Shown here piece by piece: positions 8,417-19,569 of a stretch of DNA of 64,000 nucleotides; position 1 is the stretch's first letter, and each line of letters begins with the position of its first letter. This DNA is from Andalucia godoyi And28. Its lineage: Eukaryota > Protista > Jakobida. Under the pieces are notes generated by a model. It saw only the letters and a list, made by a program, of their open reading frames with translations. It was not told the DNA's origin and ran no database searches. Location of the stretch: contig VRVR01000005.1 of NCBI GenBank assembly GCA_009859145.1, forward strand, positions 444,848 through 508,847, written 5' to 3'. A program made the position numbers and the translations under genes.

Positions 8417-11383
8417 ATGAGCCATGTGCGAAAGCGCTTCCGCTACCCGTTCGTCGAGACGGAGAGCGATTCAGGATCGCCTCGGAAACGCCATCGAATG
8501 ATTCGAAAGCAGCTGAAAATCAACGGTCGCATTGATGTGCGGAACGCAGATGCTGGCGGCGACTACGGTGTGCACTATGACAATGGCAATGGCAATGATG
8601 AGCCCCTTTATGTACGCACTGTTGCTGGAAGCGGCGGCGCCAACGACCGAACTGTGCCACGTGGTGATCATAAGAGCGATGATAATGACAGTGATGATGA
8701 TTCAATGAGAACTTTCCGAGGATCTAGCTCCATTTTGCACAAAGCACCTCGTGTTTTGAATATGGATGATTTTTCATTTAATCTCACACAAGAGAATGGA
8801 TACGCCGTGGAAAGTGGGTTGGGAAGTGATTCAGGGGATGAAGGTGGCTCAGACAATGATGACAGCGATTCTGCTGCGGACTCGGGGGTTGAAAATGGAT
8901 CGGAAAGGTCGCGCCATCCGCTTCGTCGGCAAGCGAAGAGTGTATCCAAAAATCGAGGAGGAAGAGCAATTTTGCAGCCAGGATCGGCCTCTGCTGCTCA
9001 GGGGCTCGAAATGAGAAGGAAGAGTCCCAAACGTGCTGATCGTCTCGATGTCGACGAGGGAGATGTTGACAACGCTCCAGTTCATGAGAGTGACGAGGAC
9101 AGTGGTGATGACGATGACGAAGAGGTGGAAGAGGAGGAGGAGGAGGAGGAGGAGAAGAAGAAGAAAGGGGATCGGGTACGGGCAAGACCGACGTCGTACC
9201 TCCCTCGGCGAATTGTCGATCGACATCAGGCAGAGAGGACCCGTCCGATTGCACCGCGGATGATGACTCCACAGAGTTTGCGAAGAACAGCAATCCCGAC
9301 ATCGATAGTGGGTCAGACCGATGTTGTGGAAATTCCGAATGGAAAGTACGCATTGCGACCAAGGAGAGTTGCAAACGTCGAAAATGAATACGCAAGCCCA
9401 TGGGTGAAGAGAAGGCACAGAAAACGCGGTTCACATGCGAAGGCGGATGCTACCCACAAGGTTTCCAATGTTGTGAGACGAAGGACGGTGACGGCGAAAC
9501 TTCCCCGTGGGAAGAATGCAAAGTCCGCAATCGCAAAGGATGTTTTGGGATCTGTGCCGTCGTCGTCGTCGTCTTCGTCTTCATCATCGTCTTCATCGTC
9601 GAGCTCAGATATGTCACATGAAGCAAAGATCAGGAAACGTGCGCGAATCAGTGATATTGATCCGCTGTCTGTAGATGCATCAGTAACGTGGCAGGTCGTG
9701 GGTGGACTCGATGAACATGTTCGGGCATTGAAGGAGATGGTGATGCTTCCCTTGTTACATCCACAATTGTTCGAGAACTTGGGCGTGCAAGCGCCTCGCG
9801 GAGTCTTGTTTTATGGACCACCCGGTACGGGAAAGACTCTTTGTGCGCGTGCGCTGTGTAATGCTTGCATAGGGTTGGGTAAGCCCATCTCGTTCTTTAT
9901 GCGCAAGGGCGCAGATGTATTGTCGAAGTGGGTAGGAGAATCGGAAAAGGCTCTTCGATTGCTGTTTGAAGAAGCACAAAAGCGCCAGCCGTCCGTGATT
10001 TTCTTTGACGAAATTGATGGACTTGCTCCTGTGCGATCCTCTCGGCAAGACTACATCCATGCTTCAGTCGTCTCCACATTGCTTGCTCTCATGGATGGCC
10101 TCGATGCTCGCGGTCAAGTCATTATCATCGGTGCGACAAATCGAATTGATGCAATCGATCCCGCTCTTCGGCGACCCGGCCGATTTGACCGCGAACTCCA
10201 TTTTGTTCTGCCCGACGCGTCAGCTCGTCTGCAGATTCTCGAAATCCATGCCAGAAAGCTGAATGTCCAGTCGCCGTTCCTGCAACGACTTGCAATTCAA
10301 ACGACTGGATTTGCCGGAGCTGATCTCAAGGCGCTGTGCGCTGAAGCTTCCTTGATCGCCTTGCGGCGCTTGTATCCACAGATGCTGGATCTTGCGCAAC
10401 AGGATCGCGATCATCCTCAGGCTCTTACCGTCGCAGTCGAGGAGTCGGACTTTCTTTCCGGCTTGCGGAAGATTGTTCCGGCATCGGCTCGCTCAGGAAC
10501 TCCACATGCGACACCTCTTCCTGAGCATCTCATCTCCTGTCTGATCGATGGCTATCGGTCTGCTTGTTTGTTTATTCGGCGAGTATTTCCACAATGTGGT
10601 CAGATTCTCGACTTTTCCATCGAATCGCTGCAGCAGCAAATTCATCTCCAATCCGACGCAGGACAACCCGATTCCCCGCCTTTGCCAAGCTCGCCACCCG
10701 CACTGGTGATTCAACATGATCCACTGGTCTCCTACACTGTTTTCCGCCCATGGGTGCTGTTGTGTCCGCCGAATCTGTCCGATTACGTCGGTCAGCACGA
10801 GATACTACGGAACTTGTCACTTGCTCTCGATCGGTTTTCTCAAGTCAATGTTGAATTCTCTGCTTTGGTTTCCGACACGAATTCTCGCAGTCCAGAAGAG
10901 GCGTGCATTCGTGCCTTTGCTCTCGCACGCAAAAATGCTCCCGCTGTCATACACTTCCCCATGATTGATCGCTGGTGGTCCTGTGCGTCCGACTCTCTGC
11001 AGAGTGCACTGCTGTCGTGCTTCTATCAGATGCCCCGGCACTCTTCTGTTCTCGTCATTGCGTCTACGGACCTGCCGGTGTCGAAGCTTCCGTTGCCACT
11101 GCAGCATGTGTTTCGTGAATCGACGCTAACCTTGCCTTCCATCTCTCACGACAAGAAATGGGCGGTATTAGAAAAGTCTCTGTCATGGCTCGAATCCTGT
11201 TTACTGAACCCGGAGAAAACTTGGACCGATTTCAAAGCCAAGATCAAGAAGAAGGCGTTTCAAATGGATCTTGATGATGTCGACAGACTTTGCGTTCGCC
11301 TTCTTGCAGTGCAACATCAGGTGTTTGAAGGTGCCGTCCGTTCGTTGAACATTGATGATATCGTTGCGTCCATTCTTGGCTGA
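8417..11383 (+). CDS. ATAD2/Yta7-like AAA+ ATPase (no recognisable bromodomain)
   Basis: VGGLDEHVRALKEMVMLPLLHP, GVLFYGPPGTGKT, FFMRKGADVLSKWVGESE, IIFFDEIDGLAPVRSSRQDYIHASVVSTLLALMDG, RRPGRFDRE; degenerate second AAA module; acidic N-terminus. Confidence 0.88.
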   Translation: MSHVRKRFRYPFVETESDSGSPRKRHRMIRKQLKINGRIDVRNADAGGDYGVHYDNGNGNDEPLYVRTVAGSGGANDRTVPRGDHKSDDNDSDDDSMRTFRGSSSILHKAPRVLNMDDFSFNLTQENGYAVESGLGSDSGDEGGSDNDDSDSAADSGVENGSERSRHPLRRQAKSVSKNRGGRAILQPGSASAAQGLEMRRKSPKRADRLDVDEGDVDNAPVHESDEDSGDDDDEEVEEEEEEEEEKKKKGDRVRARPTSYLPRRIVDRHQAERTRPIAPRMMTPQSLRRTAIPTSIVGQTDVVEIPNGKYALRPRRVANVENEYASPWVKRRHRKRGSHAKADATHKVSNVVRRRTVTAKLPRGKNAKSAIAKDVLGSVPSSSSSSSSSSSSSSSSDMSHEAKIRKRARISDIDPLSVDASVTWQVVGGLDEHVRALKEMVMLPLLHPQLFENLGVQAPRGVLFYGPPGTGKTLCARALCNACIGLGKPISFFMRKGADVLSKWVGESEKALRLLFEEAQKRQPSVIFFDEIDGLAPVRSSRQDYIHASVVSTLLALMDGLDARGQVIIIGATNRIDAIDPALRRPGRFDRELHFVLPDASARLQILEIHARKLNVQSPFLQRLAIQTTGFAGADLKALCAEASLIALRRLYPQMLDLAQQDRDHPQALTVAVEESDFLSGLRKIVPASARSGTPHATPLPEHLISCLIDGYRSACLFIRRVFPQCGQILDFSIESLQQQIHLQSDAGQPDSPPLPSSPPALVIQHDPLVSYTVFRPWVLLCPPNLSDYVGQHEILRNLSLALDRFSQVNVEFSALVSDTNSRSPEEACIRAFALARKNAPAVIHFPMIDRWWSCASDSLQSALLSCFYQMPRHSSVLVIASTDLPVSKLPLPLQHVFRESTLTLPSISHDKKWAVLEKSLSWLESCLLNPEKTWTDFKAKIKKKAFQMDLDDVDRLCVRLLAVQHQVFEGAVRSLNIDDIVASILG

Positions 11384-11478
11384 TGAGGGAGGGGGAGCGG
11401 GAGGGGTGTTCGTCTTGTCCTCGTCTCCCCTCCCCGCCCATCCCCTCCCCACGCACGACGCTGACCAACGGATTGCAG

Positions 11479-12930
11479 CTATGGTTTGCACTCGCTTTCT
11501 TCAAACTCGAATTCCAGCTTTTGCTTTGCATCCCCATCGTGCACGTCTGCTGGGATACGAAAATCGATGGAGGGATTCGTTGGAATCTCCACAGTGACAC
11601 CGTTCGCAGGGTACCAACACGGCACACCGACTTCGTCTTCAACTCGCTTTTGGAAAATGGCCATTTTCTCCTTTTCGCCGTGTACCAGGAGAACGCCTTT
11701 GGGACGCATTTGTGAAATCACTCGCATGATGCCTGCGGCGTCTGCATGTGCCGAGAAGCTCATGTAGTCGACCCGACATTCGACAGACAAGGAGGTTTTC
11801 TTGTCGATCTCTACTTTTTTGGTCTCATCAACATTGAGTACCTTGTATCCTACCGTTCCCTTGACGCAGTACCCGGGGAATATGACGAGGTTTCGTGCAT
11901 CCGTTGCAATCCTCTTGAAAACCTTGAGAGACGTTCCTGCGTGAAGCATTCCTGGACTTGCCAAGATGACGCACGGCTCCTCTCGATCCAAGCACTCCAT
12001 GTCAAACGATGTAATGTGCTTGAAGTTGAATACATTATTTTGCTGCTCAAACGACCTTTTCACTGCCTCATTTGTCCAGTTAATGAACAGCTGGTAGTAG
12101 CTTCCTGCCTTTTCCACCATGCCAGCCGAAAAGTAGATTGGGATCGTCAGCCCCATCCGATCCCAAAACGATTCGAGGAGGACGCATAGCTCTTGTGCTC
12201 TGCCGAGGGCGAACACCGGAATCAGCACTTTCCCTCGCTGCTCCGTCACGCACTTCAGGACGTCGTTCAAGAACTCCATCTCGCGATTGCGCTTCAGATC
12301 GCGAATCGTGGTGCAGTACGTCGTCTCCGTGATGAGCAAGTCTGGGTGCACTCTGTCCACCTTGCAGGAGCCCAGATGCCTGTCTGCCGTGGTATTGTAG
12401 TCCCCCGAGTATACTACAGACTCGCCCCCGGACTTTACGTAAAACATGGATGCTCCAATGACGTGACCCGCATAAAATGTTCGGATCTCGGTGTCGTCAT
12501 CAAGGTACACGGTCTGGTTGATCCCGAGTGGAATGACGCGATCCATGCACTTTGCAATGTCCTCTGATGTATAGAACCCCTCTTCGTCTCGCCTACCAAC
12601 TGCAATTTTTCGGAAATCCTCGAGCAGTATTGGAGCAATCGCTCTCGTAGGAAGCGTCATGTACACCGGACCCGTGAATCCAAATCGCTCTGTCAGTTCC
12701 GGAAGTGCCCCCGAGTGGTCCAAATGAAAATGGGTAATGATCACCGCGTCCAGCACATCATTCATCGTCCGGGAATCGCCGCGCGTCAAGAACCGAAAGT
12801 CTGGAAACCGCCGAGCATCTGTGTACATCATGTGCATTCCACAATCAAACATGATGTTCTTCCTTCCAACAGTCACCACCACACACGATCGACCAACATC
12901 TTGGCCTGCTCCCAGGGGCAATACTCGCAT
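11479..12930 (-). CDS. INTS11: Integrator catalytic subunit 11 / CPSF73-like metallo-beta-lactamase beta-CASP nuclease
   Basis: PLGAGQDVGRSC, DCGMHM.Y.D.RRFPDF (INTS11-type), THFHLDHSGALP, AGHVIGA, FSAHAD; start at ATG 12930 just after the microsatellite. Confidence 0.88.
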   Translation of the reverse strand: MRVLPLGAGQDVGRSCVVVTVGRKNIMFDCGMHMMYTDARRFPDFRFLTRGDSRTMNDVLDAVIITHFHLDHSGALPELTERFGFTGPVYMTLPTRAIAPILLEDFRKIAVGRRDEEGFYTSEDIAKCMDRVIPLGINQTVYLDDDTEIRTFYAGHVIGASMFYVKSGGESVVYSGDYNTTADRHLGSCKVDRVHPDLLITETTYCTTIRDLKRNREMEFLNDVLKCVTEQRGKVLIPVFALGRAQELCVLLESFWDRMGLTIPIYFSAGMVEKAGSYYQLFINWTNEAVKRSFEQQNNVFNFKHITSFDMECLDREEPCVILASPGMLHAGTSLKVFKRIATDARNLVIFPGYCVKGTVGYKVLNVDETKKVEIDKKTSLSVECRVDYMSFSAHADAAGIMRVISQMRPKGVLLVHGEKEKMAIFQKRVEDEVGVPCWYPANGVTVEIPTNPSIDFRIPADVHDGDAKQKLEFEFEESECKP

Positions 12931-12933
12931 CCC

Positions 12934-13079
<146 letters not shown>

Positions 13080-13378
13080 ATATGCTGCGCCAATCGACAT
13101 TCACACGCGGTTCGCATACTACAGGAAACGTGCATCCTCAAGTACAGCCTCATTCTACGCGTACGAACAAACGCGTGTGACCGCAGACAAGCGACAAGTC
13201 AGCCAAGAGCAATGCTCATCACGGCAGAAAATGTTAATTGAACATAACAGAATGAATGAAAAGAAAAGGAAAACGAGAAATTTCATTGACGAAGCTACAT
13301 ATACGCAAAGTAATAAGGGTTTTCTTGCATGTTCATAAAGCTGCCCCAGAATGGGAACCACGGTGATTGCGGTCCATT

Positions 13379-14650
13379 ATGAATGAGTTTCGCGATCGCG
13401 TTGTTTCGTTTGTGCGACTCCGGCATTCGGTGTCGGTTGCAAATGACTGTGTAATTTCAATCTGGTTGGAGAAAGCAGCGTTGCTTCGAAACTGCATTCG
13501 TACCATTCGGTTTGCGGAGGGCGAACTGCGTGTGCAACAATCTCGGTTTGATGCAGCCTTGAATGCAGCCTTTTCAAATTTCGTGTCCGGTGTTGGAGCT
13601 GTTGGGAAGAAGAGCCCGGTGTTGGAGGCGTCGAAGTCGCCGGATGCGCTAGTAAATGCTGGGGCAATGACTCATGGACTGTTGTTGCAAGACCAGAGAG
13701 CGATTCTCGCAAACTGCCGCGCGATGCTCGAGGCTGAAGCGCAGCTGGTTGACCGGGTGTCGTTGTACCACTGCGAACATAAGCAGCAAATCGACAACCG
13801 TGTTGCGAAGAAGCTGTTTGAAGCCGCAAATGACGGAACTCAGTCGATTCGCACGTGGGTTCATTCTCTTATGCACGAGCTTCTGTGCCCGATTGGATTC
13901 CATGAGCTTTCCCTGGATGAATTCGACAACTTTGCCAGAGAATCAACCGTCCGATTGGCTGTGGAAATGGACGACAAAATTCGTCGGCAGTTGCTGCAAT
14001 TTCTCGATGCCCATTACTCGTCACCGCCACAGTCGTCACCGGGTAGTGCTGGCGGCAGCAACAGTAGCAGTGGTGGTAGAAACAGTCGCGTGCATGCTCA
14101 GAGCTTTGGCATCTTGTACGAAGACATCCGGCTGCTGTTTGGGGCGTTTGACCAATATCTCTGCTATCCCCATTGTTGCACGCTTGTGCTTGTTTCGAAC
14201 CGCGTGGTGTCCAATCTAGATGACTGTGGTTGCTCCTCTTCCTCTTCCTCTTCCTCTTCCTCTTTTTCTTCTTTTTCCAAGGCAGACCTGCATCTTCTCA
14301 TGGTGCAGACGCATCGGATAATGAACCAAATGTTTCCGAATGAGTGGGGCCCTGAAGCTCTTGGGCTGGAAATTGGATCAATTGGAAAGGAATCCGAGCG
14401 CTCGTTTCTCTGCCGCATCATCTCCGTTTATCGACGGGAGTTTGATAACATCGCTCGTCGTGCATTCCGTGAAACCCGCGAGCATTTCCTGGATGCAAAC
14501 GCCATTTTGCAGCTTCTCAAACTCAATACTTTGCGAACAGACGAACAAGACCGCATTCGAGACGTCAAGCTCCGGTTCGACGACGTCTTTACCCAAACGG
14601 AAGACACCCACTCGGATGCCCTCGAGCGCATCCTCGCTCGCCCCTTCTAG
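13379..14650 (+). CDS. Hypothetical helical protein
   Basis: About 423 aa open frame filling the space between INTS11 and EF-P; no family recognised. Confidence 0.6.
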   Translation: MNEFRDRVVSFVRLRHSVSVANDCVISIWLEKAALLRNCIRTIRFAEGELRVQQSRFDAALNAAFSNFVSGVGAVGKKSPVLEASKSPDALVNAGAMTHGLLLQDQRAILANCRAMLEAEAQLVDRVSLYHCEHKQQIDNRVAKKLFEAANDGTQSIRTWVHSLMHELLCPIGFHELSLDEFDNFARESTVRLAVEMDDKIRRQLLQFLDAHYSSPPQSSPGSAGGSNSSSGGRNSRVHAQSFGILYEDIRLLFGAFDQYLCYPHCCTLVLVSNRVVSNLDDCGCSSSSSSSSSSFSSFSKADLHLLMVQTHRIMNQMFPNEWGPEALGLEIGSIGKESERSFLCRIISVYRREFDNIARRAFRETREHFLDANAILQLLKLNTLRTDEQDRIRDVKLRFDDVFTQTEDTHSDALERILARPF

Positions 14651-14824
14651 CCGGGCTTCATGTTTCTTGCGTGTGTGCGCCGGCTGTAGTCTCAACTTAG
14701 CGAACTGCTGAATAAACACAGGCAAAACATGCAGCTTTCCATAGTATTTTTTGATCCAGGAGTTGGTTCTGTTAGAGATTTCTTCTCGTTCTGAAAGGCA
14801 GTCTTCTTGGTTTGTGCGAATAGG

Positions 14825-15481
14825 ATGTTTTCGAGTTTGCTGCGCTCTGGAGCTGGACTAGCAGCCAGCACTTGTGGGAGCGGGAGATTGCTATTTTCAC
14901 GGGGGATGAAAGTGGATGCGATCAATTTGCGAGTTGGCTATGTGATTCAGCTGAATGGGAAGATGTATTCGGTGGTAAAGAAGCAGTTTAATAGGACTGC
15001 ACAGCGTGCTGCAAACATCCAGCTTGAGCTGCGAGATCTGAAGAGCGGGCTGAAGACGACGGACCGACTTCGGACGTCGGACACAGTAGAGCGTGTGATG
15101 ATGGACCAGCGGAGAATGTCGTACTTGTACACAAGCGACTCCCATATTGTGCTTATGGATCCAAAGACGTACGACCAGATCGAGGTGCAGCTTGATATTC
15201 TGGACGAGGCGAGCCGCAAGCTGCTGACGGAAGGCATGGAGCTCACGCTGGAGTCCACGGAAGGCAGCCCTACAAGCATCCTGCTGCCGGAACAGCTCGT
15301 CGTCACGGTCCAGTCCACAGATTTGCACATGAAGGGCCAGACACAGACACCGACGTACAAACCGGCAGTCATTGAAAACGGACTCAGGATCATGGTTCCG
15401 CCGTTCATTGAAGAGGGCGAGCGCATCATTATCAAGTCCGAAGACTTGGAGTACGTTGGGCGCGAAAAGGTCGACAAGTGA
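14825..15481 (+). CDS. efp: Elongation factor P, probably mitochondrion-targeted
   Basis: N-terminal R/S-rich presequence-like leader; AINLRVGYVI..NG, IQLELRDLKSG, YLY...IVLMDPKTYDQIEV, C-terminal YKPAVIENGLRIMVPPFIEEGERI...YVGR EF-P signature. Confidence 0.88.
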   Translation: MFSSLLRSGAGLAASTCGSGRLLFSRGMKVDAINLRVGYVIQLNGKMYSVVKKQFNRTAQRAANIQLELRDLKSGLKTTDRLRTSDTVERVMMDQRRMSYLYTSDSHIVLMDPKTYDQIEVQLDILDEASRKLLTEGMELTLESTEGSPTSILLPEQLVVTVQSTDLHMKGQTQTPTYKPAVIENGLRIMVPPFIEEGERIIIKSEDLEYVGREKVDK

Positions 15482-15652
15482 GACACTCGCTCAAGCATCT
15501 TTCAAAAACCATTTTAGACCACTTATACATGGAACTCTGTTCTTTGGATTCTGTCCACGAACAGTACAACTATTATAAAATTAATTAATTTAAAATAATA
15601 AAATAAAGAATAACAATACCCACAAAAAGAAGAAGAAGAAGGGGTTATCTTC

Positions 15653-16615
15653 TCAGTCTTCGGAGTACACAGTGGAGGGAGCAACAAGTGCTGCCAACGT
15701 CATTCGAAGCATAGAAATATCGAAGAACCGACGTTGCGCTTCGAACAAACTGCACAGTCTCTTCGCGCAAAGACCGCAGTGCGCGCTGCGGAGTCGGTGG
15801 AGAAGAATGCGCTGTTTGCACAGATTGCCGATTCGATCCAGCTGAGAAGGGTTCGGATCGATGATGAACCGGCGGACTTGCGAAAGACGGCGCTCTGCAA
15901 CGAGAGAGTGGAGTCGCCGCGATACAAAGGGTACCATGGTGGACTGGAAAAACAGCCCAAACCAATGCTGATGGATCTGGAATCGCAGCTGCGCCGTATC
16001 CTGTTCATCGTGACGATCTCGAATGTTGAATGTGCGAAATGACAGACAGGACAGCGGCAGGTACACGCGCGGCGATACCGTTTGGGGTAGACTGGCTGCG
16101 GCAGAACGCGTGGCGTTCATGCTCCAGAGCAGCTCTTCCGCACACAAGGAGAGCAAAGCTAAATCCATAAACAGCGAAAACGCGTCTCCAGCATTGCGCG
16201 AAGAGTTCGATCGACGATACAGTGCAGACTGTGGGTCGTGGATGTCCGCAAATGACTCGCGCAGACGGACAGTCTGCGCTTCCACAATGTGCAGAAATGG
16301 CTTAATAGGCAAATGCGCAACGACTCGCTTCAGGTACTCTTGCACCGGCACGCATTGCTGCACAAACAACGTGTCCAAAAGGTGCTTTACATGAAGCAGC
16401 AGCAAATCGATGTACAATGCGTGCTTCGTGCAGAACCATGCACGGAGCTCGTACACTTTGGAAAGATGGTCGCAAATGTGTCGTTCTCGATGGACATTTG
16501 CTCTTTGCGATGCGAGCGCGGCGTCTGCAGATCTGCGAGTCAGCCCCAGATCCTCGTGCTCAAACGACACGACATGCAGAATGTGAAGAAACTCGGAAAT
16601 GCTCGAAATCAGCAT
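15653..16615 (-). CDS. Hypothetical protein
   Basis: About 320 aa open frame from the first ATG (MLISSIS); no family recognised. Confidence 0.5.
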   Translation of the reverse strand: MLISSISEFLHILHVVSFEHEDLGLTRRSADAALASQRANVHRERHICDHLSKVYELRAWFCTKHALYIDLLLLHVKHLLDTLFVQQCVPVQEYLKRVVAHLPIKPFLHIVEAQTVRLRESFADIHDPQSALYRRSNSSRNAGDAFSLFMDLALLSLCAEELLWSMNATRSAAASLPQTVSPRVYLPLSCLSFRTFNIRDRHDEQDTAQLRFQIHQHWFGLFFQSTMVPFVSRRLHSLVAERRLSQVRRFIIDPNPSQLDRIGNLCKQRILLHRLRSAHCGLCAKRLCSLFEAQRRFFDISMLRMTLAALVAPSTVYSED

Positions 16616-16826
16616 TCTCCAAAGGTTTGCGTGCACATCTCGTAAAACAAGAGTACAACAAAGAAACCCAAAAACCCGTATGAGCAATCATCCCACCAAA
16701 GTTACATCTGTGCATATAAAAATGATGATAATAATAATAACAATAATTTTGAATTTGCAGTTTATGACCGTAAACATGTGCAGTGACAAATCGAAACAAG
16801 TCGCCAGCACGTCCCAACAAGCTAGC

Positions 16827-17533
<707 letters not shown>

Positions 17534-17655
17534 CTAGAAAATGTGATCAATCAAACAGGAGACAAGAAAAAAGAAACAGAAAACAGGAAGGCGATGGAAA
17601 ACAAGAAGAAAGCATTGGAGGTCGTCCCAGTGGGAGAAAATGCAATCAAGGAAAG

Positions 17656-17673
17656 AAACCCTAGCTAGGGTTT
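17656..17673. promoter_or_regulatory. Perfect palindrome of two telo-box-like AAACCCTA motifs upstream of RPL40
   Basis: AAACCCTAGCTAGGGTTT is self-complementary; lies between divergent RPL40 and the MORN gene. Confidence 0.45.
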
Positions 17674-18115
17674 TTTCCTGTGAAAAAACCAAGTGACTCC
17701 CAGCGCCTTTCTCCAAAAAAACTTGAAATGGCTTCCTGGCGCACTCACAGGACAGCCCAATTACCCTAACAAATGCACGTCGTTTTGCATCACTCCAGCG
17801 TGTCTCGAAGCATCAAGCTGCGTCTTCTCAAAGGTCAGGATTTCAGCACTTTTTTTTTTGTTGCTACAGCAGCGGACCTCTTTGTCTTTTGTTACGCAAA
17901 GCAGTCAACCGTCGCCGGACAACCCTTCTGATCGTTTCTGCCAGCAATTTTTTTTTTAATATTATATATATGTGTATATATATATATATATATATAATTT
18001 TTGAAAACGTTTTGCTTTCATTTTCTTTTTTCTCTTGAAATAGAAGAATAAGAATAAGATCTAAACACACGAAAAAGAGAAGAAGAAGAAGAAGAAGAAG
18101 AAGAGGGGAGAAAAA

Positions 18116-19183
18116 ATGGCAAACGCTGCTTCTGTTTTTATTGGGCTTTTCGATTCTGAAGATGTGGTCCTGTATGGAAAGCTGCTTGACTGGGCGAACC
18201 AGAATGAAAAGACGATTCCTCTGAGCAAAGAAGATGTGGATGCTGCTGTTGCTGCCCTTGCTGCGCCTTCTGAGCCGACGGAAGAAGGGCAGGAGCCGAC
18301 GCCTGGTCTTTCTGAAGAAGTGCAGAACCGTATGAAGAAGATTGGGAAGATGGGACTGTATGTCGGAGACCGGAACGACGTGTTTGAGAAGCACGGATCG
18401 GGAAGGACATTGTATCCAAATGGAGACTATTTCGAAGGCACGTATCGGGAGGGAAAGCGCCACGGATTTTCCGGCAAGTACATTTATGCATTTGAACACA
18501 AGTTGGCAGAAGGGGAGACGGAGGCTGATGCCGATGCCGAAGCCGATGCCGAAGCCGAAGCCGAAGGCGGAGAGACGCGTGCTGCGTCCAAAAAGCCACT
18601 GTCAAAGAAGCTGGCCAAGGTCCGGGGCCTTCCCAAGGATGCACTTGCTGTGAATCGCAAGATCTTCGAGATCTCTGCGTACACGAATGACGACCAGATT
18701 GCGATCATGCTGCCGGAGGTGACTGCTGCACGTGTTGCTGCGATCCGGGAACTGCAGACGATCTACCCAAGTTATCTTGGGTGCTTCCTGGCTGACAAGC
18801 GGAGCGGTCATGGGAAAATGCTCTACCAGGACGGATCCGTGTACTCTGGTCCTTGGGACAATGATCTGCCGCATGGCGACCAGGGCATGTTCACTTTTGC
18901 AAATGGAGATGTGTATGTCGGCAGCTTTGCTCGGGGTCTCAAACACGGAAATGGAACTTACCGTTTCCGAGACGGGGCGTCGCACGTGCAGGGCACTTGG
19001 GAAAACGGATACTTGCGGACGGGGGACTGGGTCTTGTGTGATGGGACGGTTGTCAGCGCTGCGGCGTTCGATCCCAAGACGAACCAGCCTATTGGAAAGG
19101 TCACGATCAAGTACAGCAACGGTGCAACCGCCTACGGAACATACACTACGCCGCTCACATTTGTTCCCGATGTTGTGTGCTAA
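18116..19183 (+). CDS. MORN-repeat protein, radial spoke head RSPH1-like
   Basis: YVGDRNDVFEKHGSGRTLYPNGDYFEGTYREGKRHG, YQDGSVYSGPWDNDLPHG, FANGDVYVGSFARGLKHGNGTYRF...VQGTWENG. Confidence 0.75.
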   Translation: MANAASVFIGLFDSEDVVLYGKLLDWANQNEKTIPLSKEDVDAAVAALAAPSEPTEEGQEPTPGLSEEVQNRMKKIGKMGLYVGDRNDVFEKHGSGRTLYPNGDYFEGTYREGKRHGFSGKYIYAFEHKLAEGETEADADAEADAEAEAEGGETRAASKKPLSKKLAKVRGLPKDALAVNRKIFEISAYTNDDQIAIMLPEVTAARVAAIRELQTIYPSYLGCFLADKRSGHGKMLYQDGSVYSGPWDNDLPHGDQGMFTFANGDVYVGSFARGLKHGNGTYRFRDGASHVQGTWENGYLRTGDWVLCDGTVVSAAAFDPKTNQPIGKVTIKYSNGATAYGTYTTPLTFVPDVVC

Positions 19184-19569
19184 GTCGCCAGTTGCATCTG
19201 CTAAGAACAACAAAAACAAGAACAAGACTGTGTCGATGATGACTTGTATATAAAAATAAGATCAAAAACAAAACAAGCGAAAGCGATGGCTGTCGCCGAG
19301 TGGCAGCAGCAGTCACACGGAACTTTTTGTTTTTTGACGTCCACACTTCAGTGCACGAGGAAAAACCCGGGAGGAAACAAGCATGCGTGGAGAAGAGTAA
19401 GTTTCTTTTTTTAATTATAAAAAAAAAATACACACGATTGGTTGACAGCCGACGAAACAAATGTTCAAAAGCTTGGACAAAAAATACAATGTAAAAAATA
19501 GAAAAAGAGGAAACACCAAAAAGGCCCTGATTCTAGATACACAAGGACACTACTCGACAGATTGCGTGT

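Noticed and set aside
15734-16042. Plus-strand 102 aa ORF that looks protein-like
   Set aside because: No ATG start and lies entirely antisense to a longer ORF; no family recognised
17700-17945. Minus-strand phrases RRRLTALRNK and GSHFKFFWRKA faintly resembling Fanzor2 helices
   Set aside because: No EEYTSK, Zn ribbon or RDxN motif and no scaffold match; too weak to call by eye
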